DNA of 35,590 nucleotides from Octopus bimaculoides (Eukaryota): NCBI RefSeq assembly GCF_001194135.2, contig NC_068988.1, positions 39,027,999 to 39,063,588 on the forward strand, given 5' to 3'. Of this stretch, positions 1-11,161 are shown in pieces. The notes under the pieces were generated by a model. It made no database searches and had not been told where the DNA came from. It saw only the letters and a program-made list of their open reading frames with translations. The number at the start of each line of letters is the position of its first letter. Position 1 is the first letter of the stretch. The translations under genes and the position numbers were made by a program.

Positions 1-213
1 ATATATAGTAGGAATATACAAAAAACGAAGACAGGTGTGTAAACAACAAAAAGGTGTGTTAGTTTAACGTTCGGGAAGGTGAGAAATTCTTTTACGTTTC
101 GAGCCTACGCTTTTCATCAGAAAAGAACACGAGTAAATAAACACAGTGAGAATAAAAAAAGAAAGCTTCAGTAGCTAGCGGTCAATCATGTATATATATA
201 TATATATATATAT
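1..213 (-). mobile_element. Penelope-like terminal-repeat fragment (microsatellite-associated family) with a minimal hammerhead motif
   Basis: Same family as 2140-2400 and 10293-10440. The minus strand 88-125 reads CTTTT-CTGATGA-A-aagc-gtag-gctc-GAAA-CGTA-AAAGA, the CUGANGA(A)..GAAACGUH motif typical of Penelope pLTRs. Ends in (TA)n. Confidence 0.6.
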
Positions 214-883
214 AAATTAAGAAATGGAATTAAACTCAGGTGTTATTCAAATGTTTATACTTTCGATATATGTTTCGAAGAAAACATTGGTATTATTCCT
301 GAGGGAATGAAATGATGTAAAGCAATGTAATCATCTCGTCAGGGAAAAATGAGAAACAAACCATATCAATAAGCCATTTTAACCGAATGTGATTACCTGT
401 GTATATGATGAACGTGTTTATACTTGCAAACATTGGCAAAAACATACCTTTTGTTCCTATAAGTAGTTTCTACCAATCTATAAAATTCGACTTTTGATTG
501 TCTTCTTACATTTCATTTCCACTACATACATCTATTTACGCGCCTTTAAGCCTTATTTCCACTCATCTATCGCACTATATTTCTCCACTCTTAATTTTCT
601 GTTAATTTCCTTCTTTCTCCTTGTTGTCTTTTTCTAAATTGCCTTTAGCGGTTTTTAAAAAAAATAATAACTTATCAGCATTCACTTCATCATATACGCG
701 GTAATCACATTCGGTTAAAATGGCTTATTGATGTGGTTTGTTTCTCTTTTTTCCCTGACGAGATGATTACATTGCTTTACATCATTTTATTCCCTCGGTA
801 ATAGTACCAATGTTTTCTTCGAAACATATGTCGGAAGTATAAAGATTTGAATAACACCCACGTTTAACTCAATTTCCTAATTT
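214..883. mobile_element. Fold-back element with ~200-bp inverted repeats, each carrying a hammerhead-ribozyme motif (probable Penelope-like inverted pLTR derivative)
   Basis: 214-412 matches the reverse complement of 686-883 at roughly 90% by eye. The spacer is ~270 bp. Confidence 0.75.
751..836 (+). ncRNA. Type I hammerhead ribozyme motif, intact-looking
   Basis: Stem I is TTCC(751-754)/GGAA(833-836). Core CTGACGA is at 755-761. Stem II is gatgattacattg/caatgttttcttc (10 of 13 pairs). GAAA is at 821-824, followed by short palindromic stem III CATATG and cleavage triplet GTC at 830-832. Confidence 0.65.
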
Positions 884-1014
884 ATTTCACTAAACCCTGG
901 AACTTCTACCTTTATAAGTAGGCTGTAACATCCTTGGCACTTATGTGAATTTTTGTTACCTAGGTAACTATTTATTTTTTCCGTGTTATGTACACATTGA
1001 AAAAATACACATAC

Positions 1015-1017
<3 letters not shown>

Positions 1018-1102
<85 letters not shown>
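1018..1102. repeat. (TA)n(TG)n microsatellite
   Basis: Direct inspection. Source of several spurious ORFs. Confidence 0.95.
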
Positions 1103-1104
<2 letters not shown>

Positions 1105-1459
1105 ATATATATGTACATACATACATGGATACATACATGCATTCATACATCTATGCAACCATATTCATTCATATCTGTATGTTCTTTCCATTATTAGTTC
1201 ATTGTCCATATCTCTTCTCTGAAACCTCTTCCAAAGGTTTCAGCCAATCAAATTGACAAAAATCACAACGTCACGTATTTTGGCACCATACAGCATTTTA
1301 AAAATTATTTTCGTTACAAGACATGGACTTATTTCCTAATCGCTGTCGATCAAATCCAGTGATGCCCCTTTACTTTACTATTTTATTTGTGGTTCCTTTG
1401 ATGATTGCATATCTTATTGTTTGACCTGTAGCTTCTCTCAGATGCGAAATCCTTGTTTT

Positions 1460-1835
1460 TTACATTTTACTTGTTTCAGCCTCGATGGGTTTTATTCGAA
1501 CAAATCGACACCAGGACATGCTTTTCAAAGTCTGGCACTTATTCACTTGGTCACTTTACCGAACCTCTAAGTTAAGAGGGCGTAAATACAGCAACGCTGG
1601 TTATCAAGCGGTGGCGGCGGACAAACAGAGAGACAGATAGACAGACACACACACACAAACACGTACATATGCAAAGGGTTTCTTTCAGTTTCCGTCTACC
1701 AAATCCACCCGCAAGGCTTTGTTCGGCTCGAGGCTATAGTAGAGGACACTTGCCTAGGGTGCCATGCAGTGGGACTGAGCCCGGAACCATGTGGTTGCGA
1801 AGTAACCTTATTACCACACAAACACGTCTGCGCCT
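1460..1835 (-). mobile_element. tRNA-derived SINE, family B
   Basis: The reverse complement has the head ...aaccacatggttccgggctcagtcccactgcatggcaccc... and shares its body with copies at 9276-9700, 12840-13250, 14776-15125 and 29503-29890. Confidence 0.85.
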
Positions 1836-2136
1836 ATGTAAATGCTTTGCTGGAAGATGTTAGGCGTAACTCTGTGCAAGTCTTTTCTCACTTCTCACCA
1901 TAATAATCTGTTTCTCCGCCTTACTATCAAACCTTCCGGCAACAACTAAATAGAGCGAGCGATGCGTAGTAAAGTTAACAACTCCTAAAGAAGAGTAGTT
2001 ACCTAATTACTTCCCTTCTACGTAATTTTCAAATGGTCACTGAATCAACTTTATTAGACCCTTAGCCAGACGTTGTTCGTGTTGTAGATAGCCGTTGGGA
2101 ACACTTCAAGTGCCAAACGATACATACAAGGGGGTA

Positions 2137-2139
<3 letters not shown>

Positions 2140-2181
<42 letters not shown>

Positions 2182-2378
2182 GAGAATTCACGAAAATACA
2201 ACAGACGAAGACAGGTGGTGTAAACAACAAATGGATGTATTAGTATAACGCTCGGGAATAGAGAAAGTCTTTGACGTTTCGAGCCTACGCTTTTCAACTG
2301 AAAGGAACACAGAAAGGAATAAGGAGAGAAATAAGGAGAGAAACAAGGAGAGAAAAAAATATGTGTAGTGGTCAGTGA

Positions 2379-2400
<22 letters not shown>
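2140..2400 (-). mobile_element. Penelope-like terminal-repeat fragment with a mutated hammerhead core
   Basis: Homologous to 1-213. The minus strand 2268-2305 reads CAGTTGA-A-aagc-gtag-gctc-GAAACGTC. Includes a 12-bp AAGGAGAGAAA(T/C) triplet repeat. Confidence 0.6.
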
Positions 2401-2409
<9 letters not shown>

Positions 2410-2474
2410 NNNNNNNNNNNNNNNNNNNNNNNNNNNNNNNNNNNNNNNNNNNNNNNNNNNNNNNNNNNNNNNNN

Positions 2475-2511
<37 letters not shown>

Positions 2512-3336
2512 TGGTGTCAGTTAGATGGCTTAATACCTCTAAGGGATAATTAAATTCAAGGTCGCTCCTGGTTATTACCTGGGTAGGTACAGTCTTTTGT
2601 AAGGTTGTACGGTAGCAGGTGGTTCGGTTGGTAGACTGTAGTTTAGGTTATATAGGAGAAGAAAATGGATGTAATTACAAGGGAAACTCGTGATACAGTT
2701 AATCATATGCAAATACATATATGCATATACATAGACACACACACACACATATATATGCACACACTCACACACACACACATATGCATGTGCATGTTTACAA
2801 ATGCATATACCGCTATCGACCTCCCCTTTTCTCCCTCTCCCTCTCTCCGCCTATATATATGTGTGTGAATATATAATTATGTGTATATATGTATGTATAT
2901 ACGTATATATACACATATATAATATAATTACCAATTTTTCAAAACGTTATCGAACACCGTTTTAATAACCAAAATAGGAAGACCACTATATCTTTTATCT
3001 ACAAATATTCAATCTTTACCATAAACTGGACCCACAGTTTAGCTCGAAAAATCCTATCATCGCAACCTTTCAGATGATTAAGAAAAAAGTTCACCATACA
3101 CCCTTTGTATTTCTGAGTGTTATGAAATCCTGTTTGGTTTGAAACAAAAATTTCTCAATAAATATTAGTCATATAAAATTCAGAACTATTGTAAATTCAT
3201 TAATTTCCCTAATATGTAAGTTATCATCTATTCAGTATGAAATCCTGTATATATATTGATTGAACGAGTGAATACACATCGGTACAATTGATGGAGGATC
3301 CATTCATGTATAATTCACATAAACACAATGATACAT

Positions 3337-3339
3337 ACA

Positions 3340-3417
<78 letters not shown>

Positions 3418-3431
3418 CCTACCTACCTACC
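3337..3431. repeat. (TATC)n/(TACC)n tetranucleotide microsatellite
   Basis: Direct inspection. Confidence 0.95.
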
Positions 3432-3859
3432 CGGTATCAGCTCTACTCCCCTCTTTGCTTGATACTAGTAAATTACATTCAACCTAACACAGTCATGTAA
3501 ACACACAGACAGTCAAACACACACGCTGTCTCTCTCAACACACAGACACATACACACACCCACATCCACATACACTCCCACACACACTCACAAATTATTC
3601 AGCGAACTCGAAGACGAATTCTGGAAGACTGTCGGTGCTATAAATATCACCTTCAGACAAAGCAAACTGGGAAACGGTTCAAAGAAATTTTCCATTATTA
3701 TTTTGGACTAAAAGAAAATAATTACTTACGGTTACAAATGCGTGTATTTTTAAGTTCGTTACACAGTTCCATATAGGATTATGGACATAGCTTTGATGTT
3801 AGAGCAGCTGTCATTGGGGAAAAACGAGGAGCAAAATTTACCTTGGCTGGGATGCGAAT

Positions 3860-4390
3860 TTTCTTTCCCGCGAGAGTTCCGGACCCTAGTAATGAACTCA
3901 TTTGCATACAGCCAATCAGACTCACCTTGACCTTGTCAAGTTAACAAACACACTCTACCAAGTTAACTGATGACGCAGAACTGTGTTGTAAATCGACCGC
4001 TCGCCAAGCTGTGCCTAATTTTAGAAGGAGACGAGTAATTAGATTTGCATCTATACCTATTATCGGATTTTATTAGGGCCCCATATAGTAAAGATGTGGA
4101 TGGGAAAAATATGGGTAGAGGGTGATGTGCTAGCAATCCGCAACCCTTCTTGTCTTAGAAAGTAAACAACAACACAAATAACTTCGCAGAGGCAGCCATG
4201 GTTGAAACAAGAACAAGATCAAGAAGCATTATTAAAAGTAAAAAGAAGCATGGTCATTCCTTACCCAAGTGATCTTATCTTATCGTCCATCACTTGTTAT
4301 GGGCTCATAAATAAGTTTGATAGTTGAGCTCTGATTGGCTGTATGCAAATGAGTTCATAACTGGGATCCGGAATTCTCGTGAGAAAAAAC
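3860..4390. repeat. Inverted repeat pair (~65-bp arms) containing octamer ATTTGCAT and CCAAT motifs; unclassified element
   Basis: 3860-3923 matches the reverse complement of 4325-4390, with the shared core ATGAACTCATTTGCATACAGCCAATCAGA identical. Confidence 0.75.
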
Positions 4391-4489
4391 ATTACGCGGC
4401 CGGGATTGAACTCACAACGTAGAGTGCAGTAAATAAATACCGTTATGAATATTCCGATGTTCTATCGATTCAGCCAACAACACACACTC

Positions 4490-4850
4490 CTATTCACGTG
4501 TATGTGCATATATATGTGTGTGCATATGTATGTGCGCGCGTTGTGTATGCATATACGTGCGTCGGTATGTGATAGTGTGCATGCGAGGAAATACGTGTGT
4601 GTTTGTGTGTACGTGTGCGAGTGTGTGTGTGTGTATGAGTGTGTGTGCGTGTGTGTGCATTTGCGTATGTGCGTGTGTGTGCATGCAAGTGTGTAGTGTA
4701 TGTAGCGTTTGCGTATTAGCGTGTGTGTGAGTTTGTGTGCATGTGCGTAAGTGTGTGTGTGTATGTGTGAGAGTTTGTGTGCGTTTGCATATCTGTGTGT
4801 ACGTGCGTGCTTGTATGAGTGCGTGCGTGCGTGTGTGTGCACTCGCGCGT
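4490..4850. repeat. Long degenerate (GT)n microsatellite
   Basis: Alternating purine-pyrimidine tract. Explains the His/Thr- and Cys/Val-rich ORFs. Confidence 0.9.
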
Positions 4851-5079
4851 GCATTAAAATAAAAACAAAATAGTCTCACGTTGAAATTTAATACGCGCAG
4901 TAAAATTTTATTTTTCCATTGTATTTGAAATATAAAAAATAATAATATGAAATCAAGTAAAAATCAATTGGAAAAAATCGATAAAATCAACTTTGTTATC
5001 GATTAATAGTCCATTGCAAACTAGCTGTATATAGCTTCAGCATATAGAACGTCTTCCTACAACCACTATCAACCAGCCA

Positions 5080-5151
5080 TCATTATCGATATTGCAACTA
5101 CTACAACCACCACCACCTCTACTACCACTACCACCACCACCACATCTGTCG

Positions 5152-5195
<44 letters not shown>

Positions 5196-5280
5196 GATAC
5201 TGCTACTGGTGGTGGTGGTGGTGCTGCTGCTGCTGCTACTGCTTCTGCTGCTGGAGCTGCTGCTGCCACTACTATTATGA
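5080..5280. repeat. Compound trinucleotide repeat (ACT/ACC/GGT/GCT)
   Basis: Direct inspection. Gives poly-S, poly-V and poly-L ORFs. Confidence 0.9.
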
Positions 5281-5346
5281 ATATTGACACCACGAAGTGG
5301 TTTACCACAGACCACACTTGCTCCTGTTGCTTTTAGTGACTATCAA

Positions 5347-5540
5347 AGCGGCGAAGTGACAGAGTCGTTGGTGCGTCGGACTAAATGCTTGGCGGCATTT
5401 CTTCCGGTTCTTTGCGCTCTGAGCTCAAATCCAACCCAACCGAGGTCACCTTTGCCTTTCATCATTTCGGAGTCGATAAAATAAGTACCAGTTAAGCACT
5501 GGGGTCGATGTCATCGACTTGGTCTCTCCCCTCAAAATTA
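5347..5540 (+). mobile_element. SINE family A copy
   Basis: ggcgaagtgacagagtcgttgg...gagctcaaatcc...gaggtcacctttgcctttcatc...gtcgataaaataagtaccagtt. It is the reverse complement of the many minus-strand copies. Confidence 0.85.
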
Positions 5541-5555
5541 GGAAGAATTACTATA

Positions 5556-5587
<32 letters not shown>

Positions 5588-6616
5588 ACAGACACACGTA
5601 TATATGAATACATTTATGTAGGCATGCGTGTATGCTACCACCACCAGCACCACCACCACAACAACAACAACAGTAACAACGTAGGGAGGTGTTTAGTTTC
5701 CTTTTTACCGCAAATGACCATAAGGTCCATTAGAGTTAATTATCTGTAATGATCATGAATTCCAAACACCCTACTTACGCCTCCCTTAAAACATAGCCCC
5801 CCCTTTTTTTTACCCCCCCCTACTACTCTGTATATTTAAACCTTTCCCACTTTTTCATGGATGCAGTTTGTTTTGTTGTTTACGATGATGGGATTTGTTT
5901 TAATTCGTGAATGAGTGTGTTGAGAGATACATGACTTGTTAATATATCTTGGAGAAGGTAACATTCATCATTGTTATTGCTGTTGAAGAAACAAATAACT
6001 AATAAACTCTTTTACAGCTTCCTATCAGAGGATCATATAGCCAGTTACATATTGAAAGAGAGAGCGAGAGAGAGAGAAAGAGAGGGAGAGAAGGTGAGAG
6101 AGAGAGAAGGTGAGAGAGAGAAAAGGTGAGAGAGAAGGAGGAGTGAGTGACAGAAAGAGAGAGAAAAGGAGAGAGATAAAAGCAGGAGGAAGAGAGAATG
6201 GAAGGTGAGTTATACAGATGTATGCTATACTTGTTTCAAAGTAGAAGAGATTTTGAGAAGATGCCAAAAGATTACGTTCAAATCTCTACAAGATCTGGCT
6301 TCCAAATATTGCTGGCAACAAAGCAAGCAAGTTAGCAAATATTCGGATAAAAAACAACAGACCATGCATATAACAAGCAAACGAAAGAAAACCAATAAAA
6401 ACTTAGGTCGTGTATGATAAAACCGCCAAGTGAAACGAATTAGTCTCGGACCTTTTGATACATATATGTTTCTATGGAAGGTTAACAGAAGAAGAATTGT
6501 CACAATCGGTAAAGTATAGAACTAACAAAATCTGACGTATTTGATCTGACTGAATATTTCACCGTTGTCATCTTATTTCCATTTCTATAAAGTGTCGTTG
6601 ACACAGATATCTGTCA

Positions 6617-6846
6617 TAATGGTTTCAAATTTTGGCACAAAGCCAGCAACTTCGGAAGAGGGGATAAGTTGATTGCATCGATCCCAGTGATCTACCAGTG
6701 CTTATTTTATAGAAAACTCCGAAAGGATGAAAGACAAAGTTGACCTCGACGGAATTTGAACTCAGAACGTAAAGAGGAACAAAATGCCGAAATACCGTTC
6801 AGCATTTTGCCCGGTGTGATAACGATTCTGCTAACTCGACGCCTTA
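6617..6846 (-). mobile_element. SINE family A copy
   Basis: ttttggcacaaagccagcaac...gaaaggatgaaagacaaagttgacctcgacggaatttgaactcagaacg...aacgattctgctaactcg. Confidence 0.85.
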
Positions 6847-7180
6847 AGTGTCTGTTATATTATGATTTCCATTCACGGTAACAATACTTGCGCTTTACTA
6901 AGGACATCTTAGGAATACTGGCCGGTGAATCGTGTGCTGTAGTTTAGTAACAGGTCCATTCCGATCGAAGAGACAAATGTAATTTTTGGCCATCCCATAT
7001 TTTCAAAGATAACTAAGGCAATAGAATTTCTAGATGATCAAGTGTCTGTATAAAAGCTTCCTTGTCGTTGTTCTTGTTTAGCTCCGGGTGAATACAGACA
7101 AAACTAATTTATTATTAAGGGAATTCCAACAATGACCATCCTGTATTTTAGTAAAGCTAATAGATTTAGGACAATATTAT

Positions 7181-7390
7181 TTTCTGTTATAAGCACAAGG
7201 CCAAAAATTTTGAGTGAGTAGGCTAGTCGATAACATAAACTCTAGTACTCAACTGGTACTTATTCTATCGACCCCGAATGGATGAAAGGCAAAGTAGACC
7301 ACGGCGGAATTTTAACTCAGAACGTAAAACCGGAAGAAAGCTACTAAGCATTTTGTCCGGCATGTTAACGATTCTGTCAGCTCGCCACTT
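7181..7390 (-). mobile_element. SINE family A copy
   Basis: Same diagnostic blocks as 6617-6846. Confidence 0.85.
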
Positions 7391-7539
7391 TATTTAGGAC
7401 TGTATTATACAATACACCCTTGGTTTGTAAGGCAGAAAACTATAATTTGAGTGAGAATTGGTTGCATTTCGAGCGACCACGTTAGAGGCCCACTCGTATC
7501 ATGTGTAAATAAGTTACTGAAAATGTTGGTAACAGAAGC

Positions 7540-7725
7540 AGCAACCTAAACGATGATAATGAAATTCAACTTTCAAATAATATTTTACTGTCTTAAAATA
7601 AATGTTAAATTATAGAGGATAATGTAGTTCCAAATAAACAGCTATGTTTGCTAAAATAAAGGAGGGATGGTTACAGCCGGTAGGTTTTCCCTAAAGGTCT
7701 GCTCGATCAAGGTTGACTTACAGCT
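7540..7725 (+). mobile_element. Interspersed repeat family C fragment (also near 7050-7165 on the minus strand and 31775-31960)
   Basis: Shares GCTCGATCAAGG(C/T)TGAC with 31927-31943 and is followed by an AAC/ACC-rich tail. Confidence 0.5.
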
Positions 7726-8544
7726 TACCACCACCACCACCACCACCACTACCACTACCAACCAACACCAACCACCAGCCACAACTACTACTTTGTAGTA
7801 TTACATTATATACAATATGCTTGAAAAACAATGAAATGGTCACGAATGTAATGTCTGATGAAAGAGTGATCGATCGGGGCTAACCTGGTTGCCAAACAAC
7901 AACATTATCACCATCATCAATAGCAACAACAACACTGCTGACAACGTATTCTTTTATAACTCCCCCACAGTCTATGTCTGAGAATTTAATTTCTTAAAAA
8001 TCTATGTCATGTTTTACGCAACGTTTGTTTTTCCTCTTTTATATTGTTCATTATTTCTTCAAACACCCACATATCAACCATATTGAAGTTATTTGTTTTA
8101 TCTAATTTCCACTTCCATTTTAGCAAAAAAAAAAAACCCAACAAAAAACAAAAAAACAACAACAAAAGACAAAACCTAAACAAAAACAAAACAAAACAAA
8201 AACGAACGCATTGTACCCATATTCAAACAATTCTTCAATTCTTGAAATAATAACAAGAACATTTTATATTACATGTCTTCTCTTCATACAATATAATACG
8301 AGACGAAAACTGAACTCTTTCATCAACAAGTTCATTTTCCTTTGAATTCTGTAGTTGTGACTCATGGAATTGAATGTGGGCTGACGCTATATTTAATGTT
8401 GGCAACGGTTCGTGTATTGCGCAATTACGCTCCAGTTTCTGTGTCTTTAGCAGTGATGTTTGCAATAGTGAACGTCTTTTAGTTTTAGCTGCTGTACAGA
8501 TTAAATATCGCCCAACAAAAATTATAAGTGCTATCGGTGCGGAC

Positions 8545-8702
8545 ACTGTTATGTGGTTAAAAAGCGCACATTGCAATCACGCAGTTTAGAGTTCAGTCCC
8601 ACTGCGTGGCAACTTGGTCCAGTGTCCTGTACTACAGCAGCTCCTGTACGACTAATGCCTTGTGAGTGAATTTGATAGACAGAAACTGTATGGAAAACTG
8701 TC

Positions 8703-8710
<8 letters not shown>
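8545..8710 (+). mobile_element. SINE family B, 5' half, running into a (TG)/(TA) microsatellite
   Basis: gttcagtcccactgcgtggcaacttgg...gccttgtgagtgaatttgatagacagaaactg. Confidence 0.8.
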
Positions 8711-8751
<41 letters not shown>

Positions 8752-8983
8752 TACATATATAGGTATGCATTTCTTTATATATGTGTGTATATATACATAC
8801 ATATATATATGTATATGTATACAGACATAGATACATATATAGATACATACTGATGCAATGTAATAAATTTAATATATTATTTAATAACATTTCGGCAATT
8901 ATCTGCTTTTAAAGAGATGAAACGATTGTAGCGTTATGAAATAAAATGCGTTTAATCCACTCTTTCCTGTTTACACATTGTGA

Positions 8984-9041
<58 letters not shown>

Positions 9042-9079
9042 GTATGCATGAGCATGAACGTGAATGCAAGTTTTATTTT

Positions 9080-9700
9080 GTATTTCACTTTGTTCCAGCT
9101 ACCGCTTGAGAACCGGTGTTGGTTTGTTTATGTTCCCGTAACTTAGCGATTCAGCAAAATAGACAGAAAGGAGAAGTGCTATATTTACAACACATGTACT
9201 GGAATCGATTTGTTTAGCCAAAAACCTTCAATATGATGCCCCAGCACGGCCGCAATGCAATGACCGAAGCAATGACCGTGGCTGCATGGTAAGAAGCTAC
9301 CTTCCTAAGCACATGGTTCTATGTTCAGTCCCACTACGTGGCACCTTGGGCAAGTGTCTTCTGCTATGTCCTCGGGCCAACCAAAGCCTCGTAAATGGAT
9401 TTAGTAGAGGGAAACTGAAAGAAGCCGGTCGTGTATATATATGTATATATACATATGTATATATTTATGTGTTTGTGTCTTTGTCTCTGTGTTTGTCCAC
9501 CCCACCATCGCTTGACAACCGATGTCGGTGTGTTTACGTCCCCGTAACTTAGCGGTTCGCCAAAAAGTGTCCGATAAAATAAGTATTAGGTTTGCAAAGA
9601 ATATGTCTTGGTGTCGATTTCTTCAACTAAAAAGCCTCTTTAAGGTGGTGCTCCAGCACGGCCACGGTCAAATGACTGAAACAAGTAAAAGAGTAAAAGA
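9080..9700 (+). mobile_element. Two tandem SINE family B copies (3' half at 9080-9270, full-length at 9276-9700)
   Basis: The block cgcttga(g/c)aaccg...cccgtaacttagcg...ccagcacggcc is repeated. The full copy has the head gtggctgcatggtaagaagc...gttcagtcccactacgtggcaccttgggcaagtgtc. Confidence 0.85.
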
Positions 9701-10037
9701 GTAACCAAACAAGGTTTCGAAAAATCTAAGATTTTCTATTACTTGAAGGTGTTGTGTTAACGCTGTGTCATTTTCTTAACTTCAACTCTAGAAGATGTCT
9801 TTGTTCTTTATTTATTAATCTCACCACTCAGATATACTGCAGGATACAATGCTATCTGTCACACTATTGAAACAGTTAATATTTCTGTCGTGTTGAATAT
9901 ATCATGGTAGGAATCGCTTACGGTATACATAACACATTCCTTTATCACTTCTGTGAAAAGCTGGACAGTGACAGGGAGAACATTTTAAATGTACCTGCAT
10001 GTATATTCAAAGACAAGAGAGAGAGAAAGAGAGAGAA

Positions 10038-10102
<65 letters not shown>

Positions 10103-10292
10103 NNNNNNNNNNNNNNNNNNNNNNNNNNNNNNNNNNNNNNNNNNNNNNNNNNNNNNNNNNNNNNNNNNNNNNNNNNNNNNNNNNNNNNNNNNNNNNNNNN
10201 NNNNNNNNNNNNNNNNNNNNNNNNNNNNNNNNNNNNNNNNNNNNNNNNNNNNNNNNNNNNNNNNNNNNNNNNNNNNNNNNNNNNNNNNNNNN

Positions 10293-10414
10293 GTGTTCCT
10301 TTCTGTTGAAGAGCGTAGGCTCGAAACGTAAAAGTTTATCTCACCTTCCCGATCGTTAAACTAATACACCTGTTTGTTGTTTATACACCTGTCTTTTGTT
10401 TTTTTGCAAATTCC

Positions 10415-10440
<26 letters not shown>
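10293..10440 (+). mobile_element. Penelope-like terminal-repeat fragment with hammerhead motif
   Basis: 10298-10334 reads CCTTT-CTGTTGA-A-GAGC-gtag-GCTC-GAAA-CGTA-AAAG. Homologous to 1-213. Confidence 0.6.
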
Positions 10441-10453
<13 letters not shown>

Positions 10454-10744
10454 CTGTATGTGTGTGTGTGCACTTTATGTATAAATTCCGGGAATGAAGC
10501 TACTAGCGACTGTGATGATACTGAACTTTCAAATCCCACAATACAATTCGACAAATATATGCAGTTCTCTCATTCTTTCACACACATGCACACACACACA
10601 AACAAACACGCGCAAGCACACACATACAAAGAGAGATAGAGAGAGAGTGAGAGAGAGAGAAATCATTCAAACATGGTGGCTATAGATGCGTAGGCGAGTG
10701 TAACTCACTGATATAGTATCTTATCCAAACTGTTATAGACAATG

Positions 10745-11126
10745 GCTATCAGCAGTGCTTGCACTGAAATTTTAAGTCAATAGCAACTTGCGTAACATCG
10801 TTAAAACTCTCACCTTCAAAGCCAGGTAGTCCAGAAACAAGCAAAAGCAGGATCTCTGGTTCCGCCGTGAGGCGGGTGTTATTTAGGAATTTTCTTCTTG
10901 TAGAGAGATGTCTAAACAAAGACCAGGGATGTCTAACTGCAAGCTGTTGGATGGTTGTTGACTCTGCTGAGTTCAACCTTTCTCTGACATGTTTTGTCAT
11001 CGTGCAGGGTGTCCAACACAAATCACTTCCCTTGCCAAGCAGACCCGGTAGGGCTTCCACTCGTGTCACCCTCGGCCCGATCAGACCATGTTACAAGCTA
11101 TTTTGGGTTACTTTGCCATCAGCAGT
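10745..11126 (+). mobile_element. ~360-bp insertion flanked by a 12-bp direct repeat; possibly a non-LTR (RTE-like) leader derivative
   Basis: GC(T/C)ATCAGCAGT occurs at 10745-10756 and 11115-11126. The interior is GC-richer than the flanks. The family assignment is inference only. Confidence 0.45.
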
Positions 11127-11161
11127 AAGCGATACATACATACATACATACATACATACAT

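Noticed and set aside
3967-3995. CTGATGA followed by a small hairpin
   Set aside because: No GAAA follows the stem, so the hammerhead core is incomplete.
6205-6503. Opposing ORFs (70 aa on +, 92 aa on -) and a good minus-strand acceptor near 6485
   Set aside because: There is no recognisable domain or compatible partner exon. A faint resemblance to a pipsqueak/CENP-B HTH was too weak to call.
8235-8500. ~88 open codons on the minus strand after a possible acceptor (AKTKRRSLLQ...)
   Set aside because: ORFs of this length are expected by chance several times in 35 kb. There is no clear donor or motif, and the listed ORF starts inside a SINE head.
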